Part shown: positions 12,401-23,514 of the stretch, piece after piece
How the letters are laid out: the number at the start of each line of letters is the position of its first letter
Numbering within the stretch: the first letter of the stretch is position 1
Assembly: GCA_964036045.1 (NCBI GenBank)
Contig: OZ038378.1
Span: 168,330,001 to 168,394,000 of the forward strand
Direction: 5' to 3'
Length of the DNA: 64,000 bases
Source of the DNA: Eutreptiella sp. 'Long Island Sound 2002'
Lineage: Eukaryota > Protista > Euglenida
Position numbers and translations under genes: made by a program
The notes under the pieces: generated by a model
Database searches by the model: none
What the model saw: only the letters and a program-made list of their open reading frames with translations
Told to the model about the DNA's origin: nothing

Positions 12401-15400
12401 CCTTGCCAAAGGGCAAAATCCGCTTGAGACAACAGAAAGGCGCTCGCGGGGGAGAGATTTGAATTCCGGACCTCCGGAACAAAAAACACCTGTAAAACCC
12501 CCCCCCCCCCCTGTTGCATGGTGTTCACCCATCTTGACTGCTGGGAAATGTAGAGGGGGGGGCATTGACACTTACAGATGGATGCACAGCCTCAAAAACT
12601 TAAAATTTTCGAGATGGCTTTCTGTGATATTGACCATGACGGCAGATCAAATACACTTGCAGAGCTTGGTGTACACCCCCTTTGGTTCACCCATTTTGGT
12701 TGCCAGGAGTTTGGCTGGGTGGGTGCGGGGAGGCTCCTTGAACCCGGCATCTCTGTTCCTAGATTTCAGGTGGTCAAAAGTTATAATTTCCGCAGATCGA
12801 AATGAGTTGTTTTGCACTGAGACTTATTATTATAATACCGTGGCCATGCTGGGTTCCATGCTTAGTGGGTTCAAGGGCAGGCCTCTTTAAGGTGCCTTGC
12901 CGAAGCCCGAAAGGAAGATGTTCCATAAAGTGGTCGGGGTGGGTTGCGCCATAAAGGTGAAGTAGCTGATGGGTGGGTGGGGAACTTGCTGAGGGAGATG
13001 ATGGGATGACAATCTGACGAGGGTTATGAAACAATGTTGAGGAACGTCGAAGGTTGTCGAGCGCTGTGAAGTTTCAATGGTCGTTGTGTTTGTGCACAAA
13101 TGGCACAAGAAGAAAATGCGCTGCACAGGGTGGCAAACAATTGAAGAGATGACGCGGACACCCCAATTGTATCAATGCATCACTGCACTGGATACTCGGT
13201 TGGGGTGCTTGTTTTTTGAAGCTCAAGCTAGCATCAACCAAACCGAAAGTTCCATTCTCAGATTTCTCCCATTTTGTCTCTTTCTTGTGGTACCAACGAT
13301 TATAATGGTAAGTCACAGAGTGAAGAGCTACGATGGTTGCAATGCGTAGTCCATCCGGTTTAACAGTCACCAATCGGCCTGTTCAATTGCCTGCAGGTTG
13401 AAGGCTGGCAGAGGTGAGCAGCCCATGGTCAGTCATTTTGGAAGTGGGCCTGGGATGGCACCACCGCCACCACAGGACATGCGTGTAGGTATGCGGACCA
13501 ATTGCTCGCAACGGCCCGTCACATCGGTGCAATGCAATGTACAAGCTGGAGAAAGTTGGATGTAAAGTGCGTGAACGGCATAGTTGTTGTTCATCTTGGA
13601 TTGTGCTGCAGCCATCTTCGAGCACAGAGCGTTGCTGCCAAAAAGTTGTACTGAAGGCACATACGAAGGCAGATTGTAAATTCATGAGGATGTAAACCTC
13701 TCCTTTGGAATACAAACATGCATGTTTTTCTCGTTCATTTGCGTACTGAGGTGGCCACGTCTTGTTGTTTTTCTGCTCTGGCCACGAATATTCTGAAGCT
13801 GAAGACTGACCCTACATTTGATACCACACCATATATGGTAGGCACGTCCCCTACCAGCCCAAAGGGCCGCAATGGACGCCCCTGTGACTTAAAATGAGAG
13901 TCAGGGTGCAATCGCACCACATGAAATCAGGTCAAATTGTTTCCAACAATTGAAGTGGTACGTTCCCATGTAGTGTCACCGGTCTAATGTCATACCTTGT
14001 GTATCATTTACTTTTTGGCCAAGGTCAGTTCTATGGGAGCGCGTGGGGAGGAGGGGAGGGCTTGTGGGTGAGAGTAGAATGTCTGTCCCACTGCTCACTG
14101 TTACGTTTGCCTCCTCCGGCCTATTGATTCTGGAAATTTTTCCCCTTTTCACAAGCTGGTGCCAACTTAAATTCATCATTTTGTTGCGAACCAGTCAAAG
14201 GCAGTACCCAATTGGATGCTAGTGGTTGTCACTGTTTGAGGTCTGATATATTTTTCTGAAGACACCATTTTGCACCAATCTTGCAGTTCGTGTGCAACGT
14301 GGCTTCGCAAGTGGGCAGAGCCATGTCCCTCAAACCACATTGGGCAATTTCGTACAAGCCATGGCCTCCTATTGCAGTGGCTGCAAAGGAGCTTATCTGG
14401 GTCAACTGATCATCATTGTTTGGAGACGATGCAGAGTACCACAACACACAAAGCACCACCTGCAAGTGTTCTGTGCATATTGCATGTGCATCCTATGAAA
14501 TGCTGATGTCCTGTAGCCAGGCGTGTTGTGTGGCTGGTTCACGGTGGGCACGGCAAGCGTCACAAAATAATTTGCCTTCTTCAAACCACAACCATAGACG
14601 GCCTGATTGTCATGAAAAAATTAAATGTGGGTTGTACCCGGACAGGCTTGGTGTCAGAAAGTGCTTGTGTGTGTCGTGCACAGGACATACAATGTTCCTC
14701 AAGTGATCATGCATCAAAAATTTGGTCCCCATTGTGTGCTCTTTGCTTTGTTGGAGTGCAATGTAAAAGTGAAGTGTGTGACACATTTCCTGCTTTTGAA
14801 CCAGCAAAGTGGCATCTTCTCACTTTTTTTGCGTTATCTCCTCAGTTCCAAGTAGTTTGCGGAATGCTTTAAGGAGGCACTGAGCTTACCATGTCAATTA
14901 ATGCATTGTGTAATCCAGCCACCATAGCCTTAGGCGAGTACACATCATCTTTCACTGACAAATAAGCTTACAATACATGGTTGTAGAGAATGTCAAGCCC
15001 TGCAAATTGGCACAAAACGCCACTGGGAAGAGCCACAATTGGAAAGATATAGAGGGCGCTCTTGCGACATTGCACATGCAGTGCAAACCTGGGGTATATC
15101 TGGGGCCCCTCCCGGTGATAATTGCAACCATCAAGAGGCCTCCAGGAAAGAACAAAAACTACCCAGAAGCCTTTGGGAATTATTGGCAACCATAAAACAA
15201 AATCCTCTGAAGACAGGTCTTGTGCTTGCAACTAAGCTTTTCTGGGCTACTTGGGTGGACTCATCTTGGAATGGTTCACCGAGGTTTGACCACTAATAGT
15301 TGCCACAGTGCGGACATGGTGCGTGCGCGCTGCAACGCCACCCTCATGGACTCTCACATCTGGCTTGCAAAAAGAGTGTCAAGCTCGTTCAAGTTAAAGT

Positions 15401-16319
15401 TGGACTTAAGAGAAGCGTGGAGGCAAGTGAGGAAGCCAGTGATAGACAGCTGGAGATTTCCTAAAAGGGAGGACAAAGCACCAAATCTACACCATTTTTT
15501 GATACATTTTTGTTTTGCATTGCATGTTACACGATTTGGGATCCGGGATCCAAAATGGCCTGTCATACCCTGTCAAACTCCTGCTTGGCGCTTGATTGGT
15601 GTGTGTAAACCCTCCACCAGCAGCACTGATCTTGCACACGTTTCGGCTGGTCACTGTCTCTTAGTTTGTGGGAGGTCTGTGCTCTGCACACAGTCTCAGG
15701 GACGTAGCCCAGACCCGCAGTGTCTTGGCTGGTCACTACCCACCCGCCCCCCCCCACCAGGGGTGGACGCCATGGGCAGAAGTTGCATTCTGGATTCCCA
15801 CCCAGGCAGGTGGATGCCTGCGGCAGTGCGGATGCCCGCAGTAGTACGGATGCCTGCTTGTCATAGCAGAAGGTTCAAAGCCGAGAGGCCAATAGGCGCC
15901 GCCACAGGCTAACAGAGCCAACCACCAAGGCCTTGTGTCAACCCCCCCCCCCCCCCAGCACCCCATGGAAGCGCAAGTGAGAGACACCTTGGTGCATGCA
16001 TGTGCATGCGCACGCGGACCTGCTTTACCCCAAGGCATCGTCGGTCACACGGACACGTTACACCTGGTCTGGTTGCCTGTTGGTGTGGGGCGCTTTCCTG
16101 CATTGGCTACTTATTCTTGTGGGGGGGGGGAGCTCGACTTCTTGGGGTGATTCCCGTAAACGCCCACTCCTGTTCGCCTCTTTTTCCACTCATGTTGTGC
16201 GTTTGTCTACAGAATGCCCACACTGCTACCGGCGCTTTGCTGAGCAAGTTGCAGAGCGACACATTCCCAGGTGCAAGAACATCGTCAACAAGCCAAAGCC
16301 AATGGTTCGCCGTCGATAG
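3310..16319 (+). CDS. ZC2HC1: Zinc finger C2HC domain-containing protein (ZC2HC1/FAM164-like), spliced, 5' incomplete: join(3310-3471,3590-3600,4700-4732,4831-5020,9028-9103,10903-11000,11776-11897,13397-13488,16213-16319)
   Basis: All junctions are GT-AG and phase-consistent. The spliced protein has two zf-C2HC_2-like fingers (CGICGRSFREDRIAKHEAVC; CPHCYRRFAEQVAERHIPRC) and the intervening KWKQQHLEFQNALKAGRG motif typical of the family; stop TAG at 16317-16319. Confidence 0.88.
3915..4460. repeat. Degenerate GATGAT/GTGTGGATGC low-complexity tandem repeat
   Basis: Recurring tgatgatgcagtgtggatgc units; produce His-rich antisense ORFs. Confidence 0.85.
4831..5020 (+). CDS. Gene 1 exon (DCNSPTPVSSMSLNAQ...EEEHQDQV), phase 2-0
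   Basis: aaag| acceptor just after an in-frame TAA; donor gtgtgt at 5021 (alternative gtggtg at 5018). Confidence 0.7.
8300..8760. repeat. Degenerate CTGCA/TGCAG-based tandem repeat
   Basis: Recurring ttgcaaccgctctgcactgcagctg units. Confidence 0.6.
9028..9103 (+). CDS. Gene 1 exon (DRNSQMELEMYESSNARMTQCGICG), first half of zinc finger 1
   Basis: ttgccag| acceptor, |gtatgt donor; joins 10903 to give CGICGRSF. Confidence 0.88.
9880..10140 (+). mobile_element. RTE-like non-LTR retrotransposon 3' ORF fragment
   Basis: Across two frames RQL..W.GH...AMPRRPVYG...KQWVFQDLTAAGL, resembling the C-terminal region of RTE-clade ORF2. Confidence 0.45.
10229..10580. mobile_element. Short interspersed element with polyG/polyC tracts
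   Basis: G8-TCGA-C11 palindrome at about 10467-10492 and CpG-rich sequence interrupting LINE-derived intron. Confidence 0.4.
10903..11000 (+). CDS. Gene 1 exon (RSFREDRIAKHEAVCSKTHNKQRKTFNMQQQRL)
   Basis: ggtcag| acceptor, |gtacgt donor; completes the C2HC finger. Confidence 0.92.
11776..11897 (+). CDS. Gene 1 exon (DGEAQKALKD...KWKQQHLEFQN)
   Basis: atcgtag| acceptor, |gtatgc donor; contains the family motif. Confidence 0.9.
13397..13488 (+). CDS. Gene 1 exon (ALKAGRGEQ...PPPPQDMRV)
   Basis: cctgcag| acceptor, |gtatgc donor; phases 2 and 1 match both neighbours. Confidence 0.88.
13600..14300 (-). mobile_element. Degenerate LINE reverse-transcriptase relic
   Basis: TTSIVGNNLT*F...KSQGRPLRPF resembles the ..QGCPLSP RT motif; contains stops. 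Confidence 0.3.
15767..15957 (-). repeat. Dispersed repeat, solo copy of the terminal unit of the 33675-35142 element
   Basis: Reverse complement matches 33675-33865 (GGGGGGTTGACACAAGGCCTTGGTGGTTGGCTCTGTTAGCC...AACTTCTGCCCA). Confidence 0.9.
16213..16319 (+). CDS. Gene 1 terminal exon (ECPHCYRRFAEQVAERHIPRCKNIVNKPKPMVRRR*)
   Basis: ctacag| acceptor, second C2HC finger, stop codon. Confidence 0.92.
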
Positions 16320-16893
16320 CTCTGGATTTCATGAGCTGTAGTTGCATTTGCGGAGGTCCCAGGGAAGATTTTGATTTGGTGTCACAATTTGGACATGACA
16401 ACGGCTGGAGATGGGCCACAGTGCAGCATTTTCAGCCTGCGGACTGTGTCTGGTCTGCAGTTTTTTGTTGGGGCATGTGAAGCAAGTCTGTATTACGGAA
16501 AGGTGACCATACCTGTGGCAAGTCGCCACCTAGGCCCCAGTTGCGTGGCTGCTGTGCCGTTGATGGGCCGTTGAAGTGCAGTAGTGCAGCCTGCATCTCT
16601 CCTGAATAGCAATACCAAGTAGGCTCGCCCATCACAGTCCAATATAAGCCCCCCCCGCCGCAAATAGCTTTTAATGGCACTCCTACGTGGATAGAAACTC
16701 ACACCAGCAACTCCCCCATAAGCTGCCCTGATGCTGCTGGTGGACAGCACCAGTTTTTCGCAAAGCCTGTATGCTATCCTCATTCTAGGTGGTGCTAATC
16801 TTCCTCTTCCACTGAGGCCCAGGGGGTTGTTTGTTCTGCATCAATGATTGCATGGGGGTTGTGGCCATACCGTGGGGGGAGGTGTTACACAGC

Positions 16894-18605
16894 ATGCTTC
16901 AATCATCCCGACTACTGCCTTTGCTGATCGCAGAGCAAGCGCAACGCAGACAGAATAGACAGAACGAATCAGTATGAGGGTCCAAGTGCACGGCACTTGC
17001 GCCACTGACCCTAGTCATAGGACGAATATGTGTCTGACCAGTGCACCCAGACACAGTAATACGGGTGTGTGCGTGCGTGCGTGTGTGTGTGTGTGTTTGG
17101 CCAAGGTGCTTGCTAATGGAGAGGGATGAATTGGCTGAACCCAAGTTGTAGTGAGCCCTGAGCACCAGTCGCTGCTGCATGTGTCCTGTGTGTGTGTGTG
17201 TGTGTGTGTGTTGGTGTCTGGTCCTGGCTTGCACTGCAGTTTGTGTGGCAGGACCTCAAGACAGCTCTGACAGCAATGCTCCAAGTGTACACTCACTGTT
17301 TGCACGGTACTGTATGGTATACTACAAGCGTGTGTTTGGTCTGGCGCTTTGGACCCACAATAAATCAGGCTTTTACTGGGCCAAGTTTTACAAGGGAAGG
17401 ATGTAATTGGTCAAATTTTCTCTTCTATCTTTCAGGGAATAAAAGGTGAGGAGTTGAGTACATCCTGTGTGACCATTTGGCCTCGGCCGAAGCGGGATGT
17501 CTTGTACGCTAAGATGTGGGTGGGTGTGATGGCCTGGTTCTCTAGATGTTTGTGCACCATTGTTGTGTGTGTGTTTGTGTGTGCATGTGCCTGTGTTCGT
17601 GCGCTTACTCGACGCTCAGTCAGGTAGTCCTCAACGTAGATGCTTCGCCGGGCTTTCAGATTTCCTACAAAGTGGGTGCTGGTGGTGCTGTTTTCATGAA
17701 GGTGTGCCTGATGGCCCACAGACATGCACCCAATTGTGCAAAGCCTCTGTCTGCCACATAAAGAATTTTTCCCCTCAGTGAGCAATGTTTGCCTCGTATG
17801 TTATTTGATGAGTGTGCATGTGTCGTGCATATGTGCCTTTTTAGGTGAGTGGATGCTTGCAATTATGCCTGTTATTGGGTGACATTCTGTCATGTACGTA
17901 CATGGGCATGCCTGCGCGTTTACGTATGTGCAAGTGTGGGTGGGTGTTTGTGTGTTTGTTGCAGGGGCTTGGGGCATTGAGTGCCACCAGACCTTTTGAC
18001 CCCGAGGCAACCACAGGATGGGGTTTGCAAGGAAAGTTCTTGCAGTGAGAAACTAGTTTTCTTCAGATGCAATAATGAGGTCAGGGTTTCTGTGTCACGC
18101 TCGAAATTCCAGGGTGGCGAAATTTGCCCCATCAAAGCAGTAGGGGGGTGGATCCCAGGGCTTGGAAGGCTGTATACATGACCAGTGGTTCAACACATGG
18201 TGTGCTTGTGTCTTGTGGATGTTTTTAGCATGCTTGCCTTTGTGTTGCAACCCCCCCCCCCCCCCCACACATTACATCTGCGCATTGCTCTCATGCCACC
18301 ACGTGCCATATGCACCATGCCTTTATGGCCTTCCCTGCCCTTGCACATGCAAACAAACTGTAAACCCTTGCACATGCAAACAAATAAGCTGAGTTTTCCC
18401 CTTTTTGGATTGCCTAGAGTGCTGGCCAACCTCGAAACAGCCAGCAGTTTCACTGTCCTGGCACAAGGCAGAGGGTATGGAGTTTGTCACTGGGATTTCC
18501 ATGCAGCTCTGGTTTGGGCAGTGTGGCAGAATGTTTGGATTGCTCTTCTGGCAGTCCTTTCTACCCTTCAAGAACCCTTTTATTCCCAAGCGCACTGAGA
18601 AACAG
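16894..18605 (+). CDS. Gene 2, unknown protein, 5' exons: join(16894-16971,17252-17284,17624-17701,18555-18605); MLQSSRLLPLLIAEQAQRRQNRQNES/DLKTALTAMLQ/VVLNVDASPGFQISYKVGAGGAVFMK/SFLPFKNPFIPKRTEKQ
   Basis: Four short open segments, each with an AG acceptor and GT donor (gtatga, gtgtac, gtgtgc, gtacgg), all phase 0. No recognisable domain; downstream exons unresolved. Confidence 0.55.
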
Positions 18606-21600
18606 GTACGGGACTACTTCGGGACTACTTTGAAGCCTTCCTGAGCGAGCTGGAGGATCTTTACAGCCACTTCCTCTCATGGGTTTGAATATTGCAGCAG
18701 AAATTTGGAATATTGAGATGTGGCAGCAAAAAGTAAGGAGTACCAAGGTGACAGCCAGTCAATGTGATTGTCATCAGGAAGGGCATTTTGTAGCACATCT
18801 CCAGCGCAATGCGCTGGAAGAAATTTTCTCCTGGGCCTCAGGATATGACCCCCTGGTCAAATGATGCTTTTTTCACCCTTACCAGCATTTCAATGGCCAC
18901 CTCCAGTCAAGCAGCAAAACATTGCTCGTTGTTGCACAAGCAAGGGGTTTTGTAATTCCAGTGGTTGCAATCTGGTGCTGTGGATTGACAAGTCTTTTGA
19001 CAACGGGTGATCCCATGATGTGTGCATCCAATAACTCTGATTCCTCGATGGCTAGGTATTTATGGACGTCATCTTTTGCATGGCATTTGGTTTGTATTGT
19101 TGTTGCCACATTGCATCCCTATTGCTTCCCACGTGGAGGATGCACCTGCAGGCTCAAAGTTTTTGCAGATTCCAAGCCATCAATTTGCTTGACTCTCCTA
19201 CTCTCATATTAACCTCTCCACGGACCTGGTGTGAAAATTGCAAAAAATGATATAGCTGACCATTTTGCCCATGTTTGATGCATGGAATATGCTTGAAGCA
19301 ATACCATGTGGATGTGTTTTGTCTTGAGGGAAGCCTGTGATGCCTGCAGATGTCAGCTGAATGCATACTCTTCACTGCCCATTCCTGTTGGCGACGATCC
19401 CAGCTTGAGGGGCTGTGAGCAGCTGCGAAAACCTCGTGCATGGCCATTCCTGCAAGCCACCCTCAGCACAAAAGGGTCGGGTGTTCACTTTCATATACAG
19501 TGGAAGCACCCTCAGCGCATTGCGTGTGTGGTGCAAGTATTACTAGACGCAGGGTGACGCCAGGTTCCTATATTTTGAAGCCACACAATGGCAACAAATG
19601 TAGCAACAGAACGCAGCAAGGCGCCTGATATGCTGTATGTGTAGGGGTGTTTTACAAGACCGCCCAGCAGAGGTATGCATGGCATTTTATGTATACACTG
19701 TCTTTTGAGACTTTTTCAAGAACACATCAGGACACATGTGTGCCAGATTGCCAAAAAAGACTGTCCAACAAACTTCCAAATGGATTTTCGTACGCTCAGC
19801 TATGCACCTTGAGCAGAACCACAAACCATGTAGTTTTGTGACAGTGGTGCTATTGTCAGGCATGGTAGGGTCAATACCAAGGCAAAAAGATCGGCTCAAT
19901 TGCAGGGCTCAATATAGGGTCATTTGGGGGCTATTTTGAGGCCTTTCTCAGAAGAAATGTTTCATCTGTCGCATGCACTGCAACGGGCTCTCATTGTCGT
20001 TGATATTATCATCTGCAGCCAAGCTGTAAGTAGCTGTCTCACAATTTCATGCACTTTGGACTCGTGGTGGTTCCACACTAGCAGGTCCTTCCACACTAAC
20101 TGGTGTGGTGGTTGGAGTCTTCCAGTGCTTTCCAGCCCCTCTGTTGGTAATGCATTGGTGTGTTTTGAGGGTGCATTGGTTTGAATGCTTTGATTACTTG
20201 TTTCCGTTTACAACACGGTTTCCGTGAGGCATGGCTTTGCTGGGGTTGGTGCCTATTGAACCATGCATTGGGTTTCCAGCTTATGTGTTGTAGATATCTA
20301 GAGGTGATGCGTTGCATGGATGAAGTTGCGTGCATCTGTGTTGCCATTCCACTGATCTTTAATCCATGTCTATTTTCATGCTGCAGTGTTTGCCAGTGAC
20401 AACCCAGCAGGGAGCTGCTTTGGCTTCAATTTATTGTGGTGCCGTTTCATTGGTATTCTAATGTGATGCCGCTGAATGTGGACATTCAACAGCATCTCCA
20501 TTGCTCGTATCTAAACAAAACACAAGCAGCACAGGAGCCCAGGCTCAGTTGATTTATGTTATCTGGGGATTTGGCCGGGGGGAGGGGGGGGCACAAGAGT
20601 GAACTGTTTGTGCCATGCACCCTTCTGTCAGCATGGAGTTTGTCAAGTGATGTGATGCATGCCATACACTCACAGCATTGCAAAATCAGACCTTTTGGTG
20701 CTTGTCGAGTGTTGATTAATTGATCCTTCTGAATGCTCTAAAGCCTGACACAAACATGCTGATTTCAGTGCTGTCATATTCATCTTCATTTGCAGTAGTG
20801 GAACACCCCAGGAAAGAAGGGGTCATAGTTGCTGTGCATCTCGACCAATTTCTGCAAGAGTCTTGGCCGGGATATTCAGAGGATCATCAAGCATGAACCA
20901 TTTGCAGCGCACAAATTGCTGGTGGAAGTGCTGTGGCCCTGATACTGAGATTACTGTGTCCTTGCCATATTTGTGCCCATCTTTTCCATGGTTTCAAACT
21001 CTGTATTGGTTTGCTGCACTGAGGGCAAACACCATTCTTAACAACAGCTGCTCCCCCACCTTGGTTGTCGTTGCTGAAGCGACAATTTTTTTTAATCTGC
21101 CTTTTTTTTTTTTGGCGCTCGATCTCCTTTTTATTTTTTGTTGCACTGTGCACCCCTGCTTCCCCAGGGTGCGCAATTTACCTTGACATGGTAATTTCAC
21201 AAGTGCCCCATAAGTTTTTGGATGGATTGTTACAAGAGTAGATGTTTGTAAGTACTCCGAAGCCTCCCATTGCTCATTCTGGGGGCGCACCGTGCGCTGC
21301 ACGCGCTGTGCGAAAAGTCGGCTGTTTTTCACCACCGGTAGCCACGAGTCCCAGGGTCCTGAATTCTGCACCCTACAGCCCCTGCTGGTACACCAGGGAT
21401 TTTGTGTTTTAATCTGATGCTTGCCAAGGGTCCTGAATTCTGCACCCCCAATGTTGTTTTGAATGGATCATGCACGCTTCTGCAGGTGGGTGGTTTTCAG
21501 GGTTTACCGGGATAAACAGCGCAATAATTGGCGCTGTGCAAAAACACCCCCTCTGTCCATTTGTTTCACTGTTTGTTGATTTCATGGTTTGCCGTTATGG

Positions 21601-22152
21601 AAAAGGAATGGCATCAGTAGGACACGTTAGGTTGGTGCTTCAACAAGTATCACGAGGTTTGGATATGAAACGCTGCTTTGGAATTTGGAGTTTGAAATCG
21701 TTAGCATTTGGAAAAATGAGGTTGATACACTAGTGGCTGTTCTAAATGCGAGAGAGAGCAACAGCAAGGATCCTCAGGAGGTGCACAGAAGATGCAGACA
21801 AAGAAAAGCAGAGGGCTTGGGACCATGGGTGCAAAAAGATTTTGGCCCCACAAGAGAATGAGTGAGAATGAGTGGGAGTGGCAGCACTACCCGTATGCAG
21901 AGCGCGAGAGGGCGGAGCCTGGTGTTTAATAATGGCATCCTCACTGAGCCCACACTCAGCACCCTTGCTGCGGTTGCTGCTATCCCTGCTTCGGGTTTGT
22001 GTTGTTTTTCTCTTCGCTTTGCATCTCCATTGGGTGTCTGACAGTATAGTGTCAACATAGGTTGCATGATGTCAAGTTGTTGGCTGTATTACCACTGAGG
22101 AAAAGTGTTGATATAAGATATGAGTCTGAGTAAAATGTATTTTCTTTTTCAG

Positions 22153-22286
22153 GCTTGTGTGTTAAGTACTCTCAACTGAGCAAAGCAGCAAAGCAGAAGC
22201 GAAGTTTTCACAGATTGAATGAATCACCTAGAAAGAGCAAAAGGAACGTTGGAAGAAGGAATCTTGCTCAGTTTAGGCTAGTTGAG
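22153..22286 (+). CDS. Possible internal exon of gene 2 (LCVKYSQLSKAAKQKRSFHRL...FRLVE)
   Basis: Strong tttctttttcag| acceptor with only one open frame; donor gttact is weak; connection to other exons not established. Confidence 0.3.
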
Positions 22287-23060
22287 GTTACTGTTGGCTG
22301 TTGGCTGTGGTTATGGCCGCCACTGTGTGTTGTTTACAATCGATGCATGGGCTGTGGCTTGGGCAATCATTATGGTTGTTATTGGACGAATCGAGTAAAT
22401 GGGTTGGCTGATTGATTGCAGGAGGTGATTGGTTGACTGAGTTGATCCGGCCATTAGCATTGTGGACTTTAGATGACCACATGCACGACATATATGTAAG
22501 GAGGTTACAAAAGTGATGTTGTTCAAGCTCTAAAAGTTTTGCATTGTGACCTGAGTATGGTGACAAGTATAGGCAACAAGATACAAATTTGTTTTTAGGA
22601 AAAGTTCAAGCGGTAACGCTACATAAGTGTTTTGGGTTAGTGTTTCTGCTTTGCACAGCCATGTGTGTCCTATTGTGGCAGCATAGACAAATGACGGTTT
22701 AAATGTGAAGATTACCACTACGGATTTTAATAATGACAAGCCAAATTGATTGGAGCCGGGATTCTCGTTGACACGATTGAAAAATTTGAGGTGCAAAATG
22801 CACCGCTGCATATCTATTTCTCTTATATTGTTAGCATCTTAAGCACACCATTGATGTTGCAAAATCTTGAAAACTAGCTGGAGGTGTGTGCAAAAAACAC
22901 TATCAGGTTTTGTAATGGTATTGCACTTGCTGCATATATTTTTGATGCCATCTTTGGTATTCTAAAATGTACACGGATTTGTATATTTATACATTTTGTT
23001 CCGCATGCATTTGCTGCGGCAACGAAAACAATCTGAAATATGAAATCAATGTTCTGCTGA

Positions 23061-23514
23061 TAGGGTTCGGAACCGGTTTTACCAATTAATCGGAAAAACC
23101 GGTTATCGGCAATTAATCGGAGGTTATTTTCAAGTTAGTCGGAAAACCGATTATTTTGAAATTAATCAAAACCAATTAATCGGACGAGTGAAGAATGGTC
23201 ACTAATTCTTGGGTAGTAGACCATGAGGTTTCTCTTTTGCAATGAAAAAGAAATAATATCAACACACGTACTCACACCAGGCGAAAGCAAACTCCTGAAG
23301 CAATGTGTACTGCTTGGATAGTTTTTTCTTTCCAAAACCAACAAAATAGTTGATTTGAAAAGCAATAATCGGAAAAGAACCGGTTAATTTGCTTAGTGGA
23401 AATAATCGCATTGAACCGGTTATTTCGAAAAGTAATAATCGGAATAACCGGTTATTTCGGAAAAAATAATCGAAAAAAACCGGTTATTTTTAATAAAAGA
23501 GGTTCCAAACCCTA
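23061..23514. mobile_element. hAT-type MITE
   Basis: 14-bp TIRs TAGGGTTCGGAACC / GGTTCCAAACCCTA (1 mismatch), 8-bp TSD TCTGCTGA / TCTGCCGA, many subterminal AACCGGTT and ATCGGAA motifs. Confidence 0.9.

Noticed and set aside
16860-16980. GGCCATACC resembling the start of 5S rRNA
   Set aside because: No similarity or 5S structure beyond 9 nt
18650-21200. LINE endonuclease and zinc-finger-like fragments (KLMAWNL, VATTIQTK, VCPQCSKP)
   Set aside because: Too degraded and short to support as a defined feature
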